Under the pieces are notes generated by a model. It did not search any database and was not told the DNA's origin. It worked only from the letters and a program-made list of their open reading frames with translations. DNA of 64,000 nt from Candidatus Levyibacteriota bacterium. GTDB taxonomy: Bacteria > Patescibacteriota > Microgenomatia > Levybacterales > UBA12049. Within the stretch, counting starts at the first letter, position 1. Every line of letters begins with the position of its first letter. Positions 33,881 through 42,897 of this stretch are shown one piece after another. Made by a program: the position numbers and the translations under genes. The stretch spans positions 9,353 to 73,352 of the forward strand of contig JACPGP010000016.1 in NCBI GenBank assembly GCA_016182425.1. The letters are read 5' to 3'.

Positions 33881-34979
33881 TTGGCATGATGAGGTGGAGA
33901 AAGGAGGAATCTCCTTTAATCTTAAATACCCCGGGGCTCGTTGCTGTCGTCATTTCAAATACCAAATCTTGCTCCTCTATATTGGCAAACAGATCAAGAA
34001 GGTAACGCGCGTTAAACGCAATATCATTATCCTCCCCTGTTATTTTTGCTTCAACCTCCACTGTATTTTCTCCTGTTTGGGGAGCGTTTGCAGATACCAC
34101 AATACTATCTTTTTTCAACGAAAGCCTCACAATATTTGCCGATTCCCTGGCAAAAATAGCGCACATTTTAACCGCTTTCTCCATTTCGGTCTTATCAAAA
34201 ATTGCTTTAGTGAGTATATCTTGTGGGATGATTTTCTCATACTCTGGAAATTGCGCCTCAAGAAGCCTCCCTACAATTATCGTATCTCCCTGCTCGAATA
34301 ACACCTGGTTTGTTTTCTCTATCACAAACATTTTTACCAATGTATCTTCGTTATTTTTTACCATGGCTGCTTCTCGTAGCGCTCGGGCGCTGACTAACAG
34401 CGGCTTTTCCAGACTAAAAGGAATTTGATTATATATCAAAGAAAGTCTATATCCATCAGTAGCAACAAGATAAAATTTTTTACCTAAACTTTCTTCTTCT
34501 CTTTTTATATAAATCCCAGACAGGGCAGGACGTGAAGTATCGATGCTGGCGGAAAAAAGTACATGTAAAAGTGTTTTTTGAAACAGGTCTTTTTTTATCT
34601 CTCCCACTCTTTCTCCTTTTTCTTCATATAATTTTGGAAATTCGTCTGATGATATTGTTTGAAAAACGCTTTTGGTATGTTTTGTGGTAATAATAATATT
34701 TTTATCATTTGTCTCTATTAATATTTTTTCCTGGGGTAAAGTGTTTATAAGCTCTGAGAATGATTTTGCGGGGATTGTTGTTTCTCCTTCCTCTTCTATG
34801 TTGGCTGTTATTTTAATGTCAATACCTATTTCTAAATCAGTAGCGCTTATTTTTAATTTTCCATTCCTTGCTTGGAAAAAAATATTTTGTAGTACTGGAA
34901 GCTGGGAATGTGATGATATTGCTTTATTAACAAAAGGAAGCGTTTTTTGTAAATATTCAGATAAGACATATAGTTTCAT
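33861..34979 (-). CDS. dnaN: DNA polymerase III beta sliding clamp
   Basis: LQKTLPFVNKAISSHSQLPVLQNIFFQARNGKLKISATDLEIGI. Size is 372 aa and the gene lies downstream of dnaA. Confidence 0.95.
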   Translation of the reverse strand: MKLYVLSEYLQKTLPFVNKAISSHSQLPVLQNIFFQARNGKLKISATDLEIGIDIKITANIEEEGETTIPAKSFSELINTLPQEKILIETNDKNIIITTKHTKSVFQTISSDEFPKLYEEKGERVGEIKKDLFQKTLLHVLFSASIDTSRPALSGIYIKREEESLGKKFYLVATDGYRLSLIYNQIPFSLEKPLLVSARALREAAMVKNNEDTLVKMFVIEKTNQVLFEQGDTIIVGRLLEAQFPEYEKIIPQDILTKAIFDKTEMEKAVKMCAIFARESANIVRLSLKKDSIVVSANAPQTGENTVEVEAKITGEDNDIAFNARYLLDLFANIEEQDLVFEMTTATSPGVFKIKGDSSFLHLIMPIRVQTE

Positions 34980-35022
34980 ACAATATATTATTCTTTAGTA
35001 GTTTTAGTAGTGTAATAGGAAA

Positions 35023-35065
35023 AGTGGAAAAAAGCAAGAAGAAGAAGGTAGAAAAATGTGGAAAA
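35023..35065. promoter_or_regulatory. DnaA-box-like pair in the dnaA-dnaN spacer (oriC candidate)
   Basis: AGTGGAAAA (35023-35031) matches the TGTGGATAA consensus at 7/9 and TGTGGAAAA (35057-35065) at 8/9. An AT tract tatattttaaaaaaaggttgattttttt follows. Confidence 0.5.
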
Positions 35066-35130
35066 CCAGTTGATAAACATGGGTATATGTTGTTTATATT
35101 TTAAAAAAAGGTTGATTTTTTTAAAGTTAT

Positions 35131-36501
35131 TCATAATGTAATATTGGTTATCCCCATAATTTCCAGAGAAAGATTATTGTTTTTTGTATTTGGTAAAGAT
35201 AATAATTTATCTATTTTTTCAACACCATGCATAATGGTAGTATGATCTCTGCCCCCCAAGACATTTCCTATCTCAACCAAAGGTAATCCAAGCTCCTTTT
35301 TAAGAAGAAACATTGCTATATGTCTTGCTTTTACCAGACGTGAATCACGTTTGGGGCCTTTTATTTGGGTCGATTTTATGTTGTAATAGGAGCAGACCTT
35401 ATTTATTATGTCATCTGGATGACGGTGTTCTTCTGTGCTTCCCCTCTGGTGTTTTAAGATTTTCGCGGCGAATTGTTCGGTGATTTCCTCACTTTTTGTT
35501 TTTGCCTCCGTGATAACTCTTAAAAGCGCCCCTTCCAGACTTCTGGTGTCCAACGAGTTTTGGGCGATGAGTCTTGCTACATCAATCGGCAATTCTATTT
35601 CGTATTTCACCGCTTTGATTAAAAGAATGGCTGTTCTAAGCTCAAAATCTGGTGGCTCAATATCAACAGTAAGCCCAGAGGAAAAACGAGAGGAGAGACG
35701 CCTCTCCAGTTTTTTTATCTCATTGGGAGGGCGATCAGAAGAAAGCACCACCTGCGAGGCATTATCGATTAGGATGTTAAATGTATGAAACAATTCTTCC
35801 TGAATTTTATCTTTTCCCGCAATAAACTGCACATCATCAATTATTAAAAGATCAACTGTTCGAAATCTCCTTTTCATCCTGGCAGTATCATTTGAACGTA
35901 TTGCTCCCACAACATCATTGGTAAATTCCTCGCTGGTAATGTAGATGATTTTTTTATCAGGGTATTTTTCGTACACCTCATTTGCTATTGCCTGCATGAG
36001 ATGGGTTTTGCCAACACCGGTCGGTCCATAAATAAATAGCGGATTATAGGACCGACCTATATTTTTAGCCACTGTTTGCGCTGAAACAAAAGCCAGTTGA
36101 TTACTGGAAGAGACAGCCATTGTTTGGAATCGGAATTCCGGGCGAACACGAGACAAAGATTTGGAAAATGGAGTTTTAAGGAGAGAGTCTTTGGAAATTA
36201 AACTATCCGAAAACAACGGCTCCTCCTTTTTTTCAATGTTTTTTTCAGGCAACGTTTTGGCTATAAACACAAGCAGATAATCTTTACCGGTATGTTTTTT
36301 TAATATCTTTTTAATAACGTCCGAAAATCGCTTCTTAAGCAAATCAATACCAATTGATGAGTGAGCTGCGATTGTTGCCACATTATTTTCCAGCGACACC
36401 AGCGCTGTTTTTTTAAAGAAGGTAAGAAAGTGCGCTTTTGATACTTCTGTTTCGACTTCTCCAAGCGCGGTTTTCCAAAGCTCATCAACATCTGTCCTCA
36501 T
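35131..36501 (-). CDS. dnaA: Chromosomal replication initiator DnaA
   Basis: Carries GPTGVGKTHLMQAI and box VII/VIII-like regions. The C-terminal HTH reads ...RDHTTIMHGVEKI. Start MRTDVDELW (36501) is preferred because the track start at 36555 would put a perfect DnaA box inside the CDS. Confidence 0.93.
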   Translation of the reverse strand: MRTDVDELWKTALGEVETEVSKAHFLTFFKKTALVSLENNVATIAAHSSIGIDLLKKRFSDVIKKILKKHTGKDYLLVFIAKTLPEKNIEKKEEPLFSDSLISKDSLLKTPFSKSLSRVRPEFRFQTMAVSSSNQLAFVSAQTVAKNIGRSYNPLFIYGPTGVGKTHLMQAIANEVYEKYPDKKIIYITSEEFTNDVVGAIRSNDTARMKRRFRTVDLLIIDDVQFIAGKDKIQEELFHTFNILIDNASQVVLSSDRPPNEIKKLERRLSSRFSSGLTVDIEPPDFELRTAILLIKAVKYEIELPIDVARLIAQNSLDTRSLEGALLRVITEAKTKSEEITEQFAAKILKHQRGSTEEHRHPDDIINKVCSYYNIKSTQIKGPKRDSRLVKARHIAMFLLKKELGLPLVEIGNVLGGRDHTTIMHGVEKIDKLLSLPNTKNNNLSLEIMGITNITL

Positions 36502-36528
36502 ACATTTTATGTATGAAGACTTTACTAA

Positions 36529-36567
36529 TGTGGATAACTTTTTGTCAAGAAGCATAAAATGGATAAA
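36529..36567. promoter_or_regulatory. DnaA boxes upstream of dnaA (oriC/autoregulation candidate)
   Basis: TGTGGATAA (36529-36537) is a perfect complement of TTATCCACA. ATGGATAAA (36559-36567) is a 7/9 match. Confidence 0.55.
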
Positions 36568-36586
36568 ACTATATCAAGACTGACGA

Positions 36587-36615
36587 TTTACAAATTTCGC
36601 AATTCTTGCTATACT
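36587..36615 (+). promoter_or_regulatory. rpmH promoter, leaderless type
   Basis: TTTACA (36587-36592), a 17-nt spacer, TATACT (36610-36615), then 7 nt to ATG 36623. Confidence 0.5.
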
Positions 36616-36622
36616 TTGCGTG

Positions 36623-36757
36623 ATGGAGAAATTTGTAAAACTTAAGAAAGTAAAAAGGAAGCGAAAACACGGTTTTCGCAGTCGCATGGAGACCCATACA
36701 GGTAGGAAAGTGTTGAAGCGAAGAAGAGATAAGAAGCGAAAAAGGCTTGCAGTGTAA
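36623..36757 (+). CDS. rpmH: 50S ribosomal protein L34
   Basis: My own translation; at 44 aa it is below the track cutoff. It reads MEKFVKLKKVKRKRKHGFRSRMETHTGRKVLKRRRDKKRKRLAV. The stop overlaps the rnpA ATG. Confidence 0.95.
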   Translation: MEKFVKLKKVKRKRKHGFRSRMETHTGRKVLKRRRDKKRKRLAV

Positions 36758-37086
36758 TGTTTAAGAAAAAATACCGCTTGAGCGCAAGGGTTTACTTACG
36801 CCAGGCCTTAGTTATTCATACTCTGTTTTTTACGCTTCGCATTGCCAAGAGCAGTCTCCCTTTCAGCAGGTTTGGCTTTGTTGTTTCCAAAAAGATCGAC
36901 CAGCGCTCGGTAGTAAGAAATAAAGTTAAGAGAAAGGTAAGGTTATGCATAGAGGAACTAATAACTCGTATAAAGGGAGGTTATGATATGTTGTTCTATA
37001 TCAAAAATCGCGCGGTCGAAGATAAACAGATGATTATTTGTAAAGAAACACAAAGGGTGTTTGAGGAGAACAAGTTGTTAATATGA
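36757..37086 (+). CDS. rnpA: RNase P protein component
   Basis: FGFVVSKKIDQRSVVRNKVKRKVR. The rpmH-rnpA-yidD-yidC order is conserved. Confidence 0.9.
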   Translation: MFKKKYRLSARVYLRQALVIHTLFFTLRIAKSSLPFSRFGFVVSKKIDQRSVVRNKVKRKVRLCIEELITRIKGGYDMLFYIKNRAVEDKQMIICKETQRVFEENKLLI

Positions 37087-37298
37087 AACACTTTTTTATT
37101 TTTGGAATAACAGTATATCAGCAGATATTTTCGAATCTTCTAAAAACATTGATTGGAACAACTCAAGTGTGCCGTTATTTCCCTACCTGTTCGGAGTACG
37201 CCAAGCAGTCAATAATAAAGTATGGCGTAATTAAAGGGGGCTATTTTTCAGTTAAGAGGATACTAAGCTGCCAACCATTTAGTAAGCTTTATGTTTGA
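37083..37298 (+). CDS. yidD: Membrane protein insertion efficiency factor YidD
   Basis: YQQIFSNLL...CRYFPTCSEYAKQSIIKYGVIKG. Confidence 0.9.
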   Translation: MKHFFIFGITVYQQIFSNLLKTLIGTTQVCRYFPTCSEYAKQSIIKYGVIKGGYFSVKRILSCQPFSKLYV

Positions 37299-38106
37299 TC
37301 AATTGCTAGTTTACCCACTACTTAATATACTTGTTGGTATTTATCAAGGGTTAACGTTTCTGCATATCCCTTATGCTCTGGGATTTTCTATTGTTATTCT
37401 AACTGCTCTTATTAGGCTTGTTATGTATCCCATGATTACTTCACAGCTTAGAGCGTCAAAAAAAATGCAGGATTTAGCTCCGCACATTTCGGCATTGAAA
37501 GACAAACACAAGGGGGACAATACAAAACTTCATCAGGAAACAATGCGTCTTTACAAAGAGCACGGAGTAAACCCGGCGGCCGGCTGTCTGTCGGCAGTTG
37601 TCCAAATGGCTATTATTATTTTTGGACTTTATCCGGCATTTATTAAAGTTATAAACCTTGATCCGGCAAAGGCACTTGCCGAGGTAAACAACAATATTAT
37701 TTACACAGATTTTATTCGGCTTACAAAACCATGGGACACTTTATTTTTTGGTGTTCCTCTTGCCAAAAACCCATCAGAGTTGATGGCGGTGATGCCGATG
37801 GTAGCAATTCTTATACCGCTTATGACAGGGCTCTTGCAATTTATTCAGTCGAAGATGATGTTTAGTAAACCAAAAGAAGCATTGCAGAAAGAACAGCAGA
37901 ATAAAAAGGAAGATTTTGCCACCGCGTTTCAGGCGCAATCGCTCTACATATTTCCTGTTATGATTGGCTTTTTTTCCTACACGTTTCCCGTTGGACTATC
38001 TTTATATTGGAATACGTTTACTGTTTTTGGTATACTGCAGCAGTATCATGTTTCAGGTCTTGGAGGCTTGGTAAGTTGGAATATATGGAAAAGGGAGAAA
38101 AAGTAA
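37291..38106 (+). CDS. yidC: Membrane insertase YidC (short form)
   Basis: LTALIRLVMYPMITSQLRASKKMQDLAPHISALKDKHKGD...GCLSAVVQMAIIIFGLY. Confidence 0.9.
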   Translation: MFDQLLVYPLLNILVGIYQGLTFLHIPYALGFSIVILTALIRLVMYPMITSQLRASKKMQDLAPHISALKDKHKGDNTKLHQETMRLYKEHGVNPAAGCLSAVVQMAIIIFGLYPAFIKVINLDPAKALAEVNNNIIYTDFIRLTKPWDTLFFGVPLAKNPSELMAVMPMVAILIPLMTGLLQFIQSKMMFSKPKEALQKEQQNKKEDFATAFQAQSLYIFPVMIGFFSYTFPVGLSLYWNTFTVFGILQQYHVSGLGGLVSWNIWKREKK

Positions 38107-38537
38107 TAAAGAAAGTTATAGAAGGCGTATTAAAATCACTTGATATAGAGGGCGATTTTTCGTTTGTTATCAGCGAAGACGTAATTGATGTAACGCTTAA
38201 TACAAACGACACAGGTATAGTGATTGGATATCACGGAGAAATTCTTGAGGCACTACAGCTTGTTCTTTCTCTTTGCGTCTCAAAGAAAATTGGCAAGTTT
38301 TTGCGAGTCTCGATAGAGGTGGGAGATTATAAGAAAAATAGAACAGACTACCTTTTTCAGCTGGCGTCACAGACTAAACAGCGCGTTCTTTTGGAAAAGA
38401 AAGAAGCATCTATTCCCAATTTGCGTTCGTGGGAAAGAAGAATCGTTCATGTCTTCTTCCAGGAAGATCCGGATGTTGTTTCGGAGTCAGCCGGAGAAGG
38501 CAGAGACCGGACACTCGTGGTTAAGCCGAGGGAATAA
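38085..38537 (+). CDS. jag: Jag/KhpB-like KH + R3H RNA-binding protein
   Basis: A KH-like segment (GIVIGYHGEILEALQ) and an R3H-like segment (WERRIVHVFFQEDPDVVSESAGEG) are present. The start is at MEKGEKV (38085), after the end of yidC. Confidence 0.8.
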   Translation: MEKGEKVIKKVIEGVLKSLDIEGDFSFVISEDVIDVTLNTNDTGIVIGYHGEILEALQLVLSLCVSKKIGKFLRVSIEVGDYKKNRTDYLFQLASQTKQRVLLEKKEASIPNLRSWERRIVHVFFQEDPDVVSESAGEGRDRTLVVKPRE

Positions 38538-38540
38538 AAT

Positions 38541-39803
38541 CTGCAAAATTTTATTTTTTACTCTATTGTTCTTTTTTTACCTACGCAACTTGGTCGTCAC
38601 TTCTGGCCGTCTTGGGCGTATATTTCTGGACTTAGAGTTGATTATCTTTCTCCCACTCTTTATCTTACAGATATTTTAATTGGAATTTTGTTCGTTTTGT
38701 GGTTATTGAAAAATCTTTCTTTTGTAAAGTTGCTATTTTCAAATTTCCCGCCTGCCAAGGCCCGGCACTGGCGGGCAGGCAAATTTAAAATTTTATTTTT
38801 CATTCTCATTGTTATATTTGGTATTATTTTCTCAAAAAGCCCAATGGCAGGACTATATGGTTTATTGAAATTATTGGAGTTTAGTTTTTTTGGATTTTAT
38901 ACATCGAGAGCAATTAGGAATCAAAAAGACGTAAAAGCGCTTATAATCATGCTGTCATTAGGGGTCTTGTTTGAGTCTTTATTGGCTGCTTTGCAATTTC
39001 TTAAACAGAGTTCGCTAGGGGGTGTGTTTTATTTTTTTGGCGAGAGAACTTTTACGTCTCAAACTCCTGGTATTGCTAATGCATCAATAGAAGGAAAACT
39101 TATATTGCGTCCCTATGGTACTTTTTCTCACCCGAATGTTTTGGCGGGATATTTAATCATTGCTCTGGCGATGGTAATATCAAACATCAAATATCAAAAA
39201 GCAAATATAATGAAAATATTTTTTTTAAGCTCAATAGCAATAGGTTCAATCGCACTCCTTTTAACTATGAGTAGAACAGCTATTATTTTGTGGATAGCAA
39301 TTTTATTTTATCTATTAAAACCCTTAACGCTTAATACAAAATACTTAATACTTTTTCTGGTATGTATTGGTAGCATTTTTTTTTCTCCTTTTGGCTCTCG
39401 TTTTTTTAATGCTGCTCAAACTGATGAATCTTTTATTCGCAGAAAAGAATTAACCATTACCGCTTTAGAAATGATAAAATCCAGCCCGATTATTGGTGTG
39501 GGACTTATGAATTTTCTTCCAAATCTACCATTGTTTCAAGAAACATCTGCAAGTTCGCTGTTTACGCAATTGCAGCCCGTACACAACATTTTTCTTTTGG
39601 TATTTGCGGAAACTGGTATAATTGGATTATCTTTTTTTCTGTGGTTTCTTAAGAAAACCTTCAAAAGATTTACGATTTTTTCTATTGTTTTAATTCTCGG
39701 TTTTTTTGATCATTATTTTTTAACTCTGCAACAGGGACAGTTGCTTTTTTCGTTTGTTTTTGGATATTGTTGGACGAGAAGTTTTGAGTTACACTCCATT
39801 TAA
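38541..39803 (+). CDS. O-antigen ligase/polymerase (Wzy_C-like) family membrane protein; start unresolved
   Basis: The protein is multi-TM with LLLTMSRTAIILWIAILF and PVHNIFLLVFAETGIIG. The frame is open from 38538 and encodes ...PTQLGRHFWPSWAYISGLRVDYLSPTLYLTDIL upstream of the track start at 38688. No ATG, GTG or TTG lies in that stretch. Confidence 0.7.
   Translation: MQNFIFYSIVLFLPTQLGRHFWPSWAYISGLRVDYLSPTLYLTDILIGILFVLWLLKNLSFVKLLFSNFPPAKARHWRAGKFKILFFILIVIFGIIFSKSPMAGLYGLLKLLEFSFFGFYTSRAIRNQKDVKALIIMLSLGVLFESLLAALQFLKQSSLGGVFYFFGERTFTSQTPGIANASIEGKLILRPYGTFSHPNVLAGYLIIALAMVISNIKYQKANIMKIFFLSSIAIGSIALLLTMSRTAIILWIAILFYLLKPLTLNTKYLILFLVCIGSIFFSPFGSRFFNAAQTDESFIRRKELTITALEMIKSSPIIGVGLMNFLPNLPLFQETSASSLFTQLQPVHNIFLLVFAETGIIGLSFFLWFLKKTFKRFTIFSIVLILGFFDHYFLTLQQGQLLFSFVFGYCWTRSFELHSI
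38747..38780. repeat. GC-rich 34-nt palindromic mini-element inside a CDS
   Basis: CCCGCCTGCCAAGGCCCGGCACTGGCGGGCAGGC is flanked on both sides by AAATTT. Its termini CCCGCCTGC and CGGGCAGGCA recur at 62880-62922. Confidence 0.75.
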
Positions 39804-39885
39804 TTTTGTCAAAATTGATTGCCAACACAATCTATTACGCATATCGGGTTCGATAATTTTTGCATAAATAGAGTATAATGTTAAT

Positions 39886-40314
39886 ATGATATGTGTTTAT
39901 ACCGATGGGGGCGCGCGGGGAAATCCTGGAGCTGCTGCTATTGGTGTTTTTATCACCGACGAGAAAGAGAAGGTTATAGTCGAGTTTGGTAAAGCAATAG
40001 GAGAAGCAACAAATAATGTGGCCGAGTACGAGGCAGTCAATGCTGCTTTGAGGTGGCTTCTTTTGAATAAACACGTGCTTTGGGGACAGAAAGAAATCCA
40101 TGTTTTTTTAGATTCATTGCTTCTTGTTTCTCAAATAAACAGATTGTACAAAGTAAAAAGCCCAAACCTTAGATTGTTGCTTTTTAGTCTTCGAGAAAAA
40201 GAATCTTTATTGTCTCTTCCGATCCGCTATTTTCATATACCGCGGGAGAAAAATAAACGAGCAGATAAACTCGTAAACATAGCCCTTGATCAAGATGTTG
40301 ATTCCTCTTTTTAA
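39886..40314 (+). CDS. rnhA: Ribonuclease HI family protein
   Basis: YTDGGARGNPGAAAIG...ATNNVAEYEAVNAALRW...DSLLLVSQI...NKRADKLVN shows the DEDD residues in order. TATAAT (39874-39879) lies 6 nt before the ATG. Confidence 0.9.
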   Translation: MICVYTDGGARGNPGAAAIGVFITDEKEKVIVEFGKAIGEATNNVAEYEAVNAALRWLLLNKHVLWGQKEIHVFLDSLLLVSQINRLYKVKSPNLRLLLFSLREKESLLSLPIRYFHIPREKNKRADKLVNIALDQDVDSSF

Positions 40315-40339
40315 AGCTGGCGTGCTACAATAAACGGTA

Positions 40340-42892
40340 ATGGCAAAAATTACAGCAGGCAAAACCATTTTGCTTCTTGTTGATAAGCAGGCAATTATAG
40401 GAAGCGCTGTTGTTTCCGAAATACAAAAAGAGCAAAGCCAACAGCAAGTAGTATTTGTAACAGGAGCTATTTTTTTTGACCAAAAAGAGAACGTGTTTAC
40501 GCTTTCCTATAGCAGAAAACTCCCTGTTATCCCAGATGGAGACTATTCACATATTATGGTGGTATACGCCGGAGAACAGGAAATCCTTGGGTCTTTAGAT
40601 TCTTTAATTAAAAAAGCACAAGAAACAAAAGGCAGATTTATTTTTGTTCTTCCCCAAGTGCTTAGCGAGAATAAAATTGTTAATGATGTTCTTTCTTCTT
40701 ACGGGGAAGCGGTGGTTGTTTTTGTTGGCGATGTTTTTGGAGCAAACAGCAAGCAACAAACAGTTGTGGAGCAATTCTTGCATCAAGCAAAGACAGAAGA
40801 GCGCCTCGTTATTGAAGGCATGGGACTTGGGAAGACGCATCCGGTGTTTGTTGGGGATGTTGCCCAGGGAATACTGGAAGTGCTGTTTGGAAATATTGGA
40901 AAAGAGCGCAGGTTTTTTCTTTTTCCTAAGCACCCACCAACTAAACTCGGCTTAGCCAGAATCTTGCAGAAGATAGACCCAATTTTACGTATTGACTTTG
41001 TTGGCCAGGAGAAAGAGGAAAAAGAAAAAAAAACAAAAGAAGGGAAGTTTCTTTTGCCCGATTCCTACCCATTGGCAAAACGGATAAAGGAAGCATATGA
41101 GTCGTTGAGTTTGGAAGAAAAGCAAACACTTGACAATACCAGGGTCAGGCAGCGGATAAAAACTATTTTCTTTTTTAGCACATACTTTTTGTTTATCTTC
41201 TTTTTTTTACTATTTGCGGCCACATTTTTATTTTCGTTTGCTGGAGTAAAAAAGCTAGAGATGGCGATAGATGCGGTAAAAACAGGAGATATTCCCAAGG
41301 CTCGTGAAAGCGCTTCGTTAGCATCTGCCCTTTTTGTAACCGCTCAAAAAACGGCAACGGTTTTTTCAATGGATATGCTACAGGATAGGATTAAAGCGGG
41401 AAAAGACACGGCGTTTCTAATTGCTACGTTTATTCGTGGACTCGATGCTTTTTTCAAAGAAGAGGGAGAAGTTGCCGTTTCTCATTTTAGACAAGCACTT
41501 CAGTTGTGGCAGGTAATGAGAGCATCAGGGGATGTTCCTCAAGAAGCGTTTTATCTTTCAACAGAAAAGGTCACCGGTATTATTGATGTTTTGCCTAAAC
41601 TACTTGGTTTTTATGAAGATAGAGTATATTTGGTATTGTTTCAAAACAACATGGAGCTGCGTCCCGGCGGCGGATTTATTGGGTCGTATGCCATTGCAAA
41701 GCTTAAAAAAGGGAAGCTTTTAGATTTTTCTATTCACGACGTCTATGATGCCGACGGACAGTTAAAAGGACATATTGAGCCTCCATTTGCCATTCGTCGC
41801 CACTTACCCTCTGTCCATTGGTACCTAAGAGACAGCAATTTTAATGTTGATTTTCCAAAAAGCGCATCTGCTTCTTCTTTTTTCCTAAAAACAGAAACCG
41901 GAACAAACGTAGATGGGGTAATTGCTGTAGATGTTTCTTTTGTCCGGCTTTTGCTTTCGGTAATAGGCAAGGTTGAGGTTTCCGATTATAAAGAGACAGT
42001 GGATGCAGAAAATTTGTATCTTCTCACACAAAAACACGCACAAGAGAATTTTTTTCCTGGCAGCAATCAAAAGAAGGATTTTTTACGCTCTCTTTTCCAA
42101 GCTGTACAGATGCGTCTCTCTTCGGATAAATCTATTTCTTATATTGCGCTTCTTGAAGCACTTGTCAAAGGAATAAAAGAAAAACATTTACTTTTTGTAT
42201 TTACCAATCAAAGCATACAGAATGTATTTACTGTCAATAGAATGTCCTCATCGCTTTGGGATGCGCGCGAAAAACAAAAGGATGACCTTAACGATTTCTT
42301 GGGTATTAGCGAGGTAAACCTGGGGGTAAATAAGGCAAATTACTTTGTGACAAGAAAGATAAAGCAGGAAGTGACTCTTACAAAAGATTTGGCAATCTTA
42401 GAAAAACTTACTATTAGATACAAAAATAATAGTGAAGACAAAATCCTGGGCGGAGATTATAAAAATTACATCCGTCTTATTCTTCCTTTAGGAACAAAGC
42501 TTTCCGAAATTACAATTGATAATGCTCCTCAGTCTATTATCAAAGCAGTGACAGACCCAAGCGTGTATGAAGGAAAACGTTTTGTAGCGCCTGTAGGATT
42601 AGAAGTAGAACAAACACAAGAAAATACGAAGGCGCTGTTTGGCTTTCTTCTTACTGTGCCACAGGGAAAAGAGGTAACAGTTGTGGTTTCGTATGAGTTG
42701 CCTAAAAAAGAGCTTCTTAATAATCAGTTTTATTATAATTTATGGCTTTTTAAGCAGCCGGGCACAGACGAATACCCATATGAATTTTCTATTTCTTACC
42801 CAGATTCAATAAAGGTGATTAAGGGGAGAGTCTTTGTTAAAAAGACTATCTCTGAGGACGAGCTGATTGATGTTTCTTTTGCAAAGAAGTAG
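40340..42892 (+). CDS. DUF4012-domain membrane protein with an N-terminal Rossmann-like region
   Basis: MELRPGGGFIGSYAIAKLKKGKLLDFSIHDVYDADGQL matches the DUF4012 core as I recall it. A central TM helix is present. Confidence 0.7.
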   Translation: MAKITAGKTILLLVDKQAIIGSAVVSEIQKEQSQQQVVFVTGAIFFDQKENVFTLSYSRKLPVIPDGDYSHIMVVYAGEQEILGSLDSLIKKAQETKGRFIFVLPQVLSENKIVNDVLSSYGEAVVVFVGDVFGANSKQQTVVEQFLHQAKTEERLVIEGMGLGKTHPVFVGDVAQGILEVLFGNIGKERRFFLFPKHPPTKLGLARILQKIDPILRIDFVGQEKEEKEKKTKEGKFLLPDSYPLAKRIKEAYESLSLEEKQTLDNTRVRQRIKTIFFFSTYFLFIFFFLLFAATFLFSFAGVKKLEMAIDAVKTGDIPKARESASLASALFVTAQKTATVFSMDMLQDRIKAGKDTAFLIATFIRGLDAFFKEEGEVAVSHFRQALQLWQVMRASGDVPQEAFYLSTEKVTGIIDVLPKLLGFYEDRVYLVLFQNNMELRPGGGFIGSYAIAKLKKGKLLDFSIHDVYDADGQLKGHIEPPFAIRRHLPSVHWYLRDSNFNVDFPKSASASSFFLKTETGTNVDGVIAVDVSFVRLLLSVIGKVEVSDYKETVDAENLYLLTQKHAQENFFPGSNQKKDFLRSLFQAVQMRLSSDKSISYIALLEALVKGIKEKHLLFVFTNQSIQNVFTVNRMSSSLWDAREKQKDDLNDFLGISEVNLGVNKANYFVTRKIKQEVTLTKDLAILEKLTIRYKNNSEDKILGGDYKNYIRLILPLGTKLSEITIDNAPQSIIKAVTDPSVYEGKRFVAPVGLEVEQTQENTKALFGFLLTVPQGKEVTVVVSYELPKKELLNNQFYYNLWLFKQPGTDEYPYEFSISYPDSIKVIKGRVFVKKTISEDELIDVSFAKK

Positions 42893-42897
42893 CTTTT

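Noticed and set aside
33828-34301. 157-aa + ORF and other ORFs antisense to dnaN, dnaA, virB4, the helicase and the giant ORFs
   Set aside because: They overlap strongly supported genes on the opposite strand and are typical AT-rich shadow ORFs. Examples are 34210..34428, 34672..34998, 35435..35788, 30257..30814, 12132..12512, 18567..18953 and 19771..20088.
37083-37086. Alternative genetic code (TGA recoded, as in some candidate phyla)
   Set aside because: TGA ends rnpA in an ATGA overlap with yidD and ends several other well-conserved genes at the expected length. No conserved protein needs read-through of an in-frame TGA.
38449-38679. 76-aa + ORF spanning the jag 3' end and the ligase upstream region
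   Set aside because: Its first half overlaps jag out of frame. Only its tail (KILFFTLLFFF) is relevant, as a possible frameshifted ligase N-terminus, which is reported as a finding.
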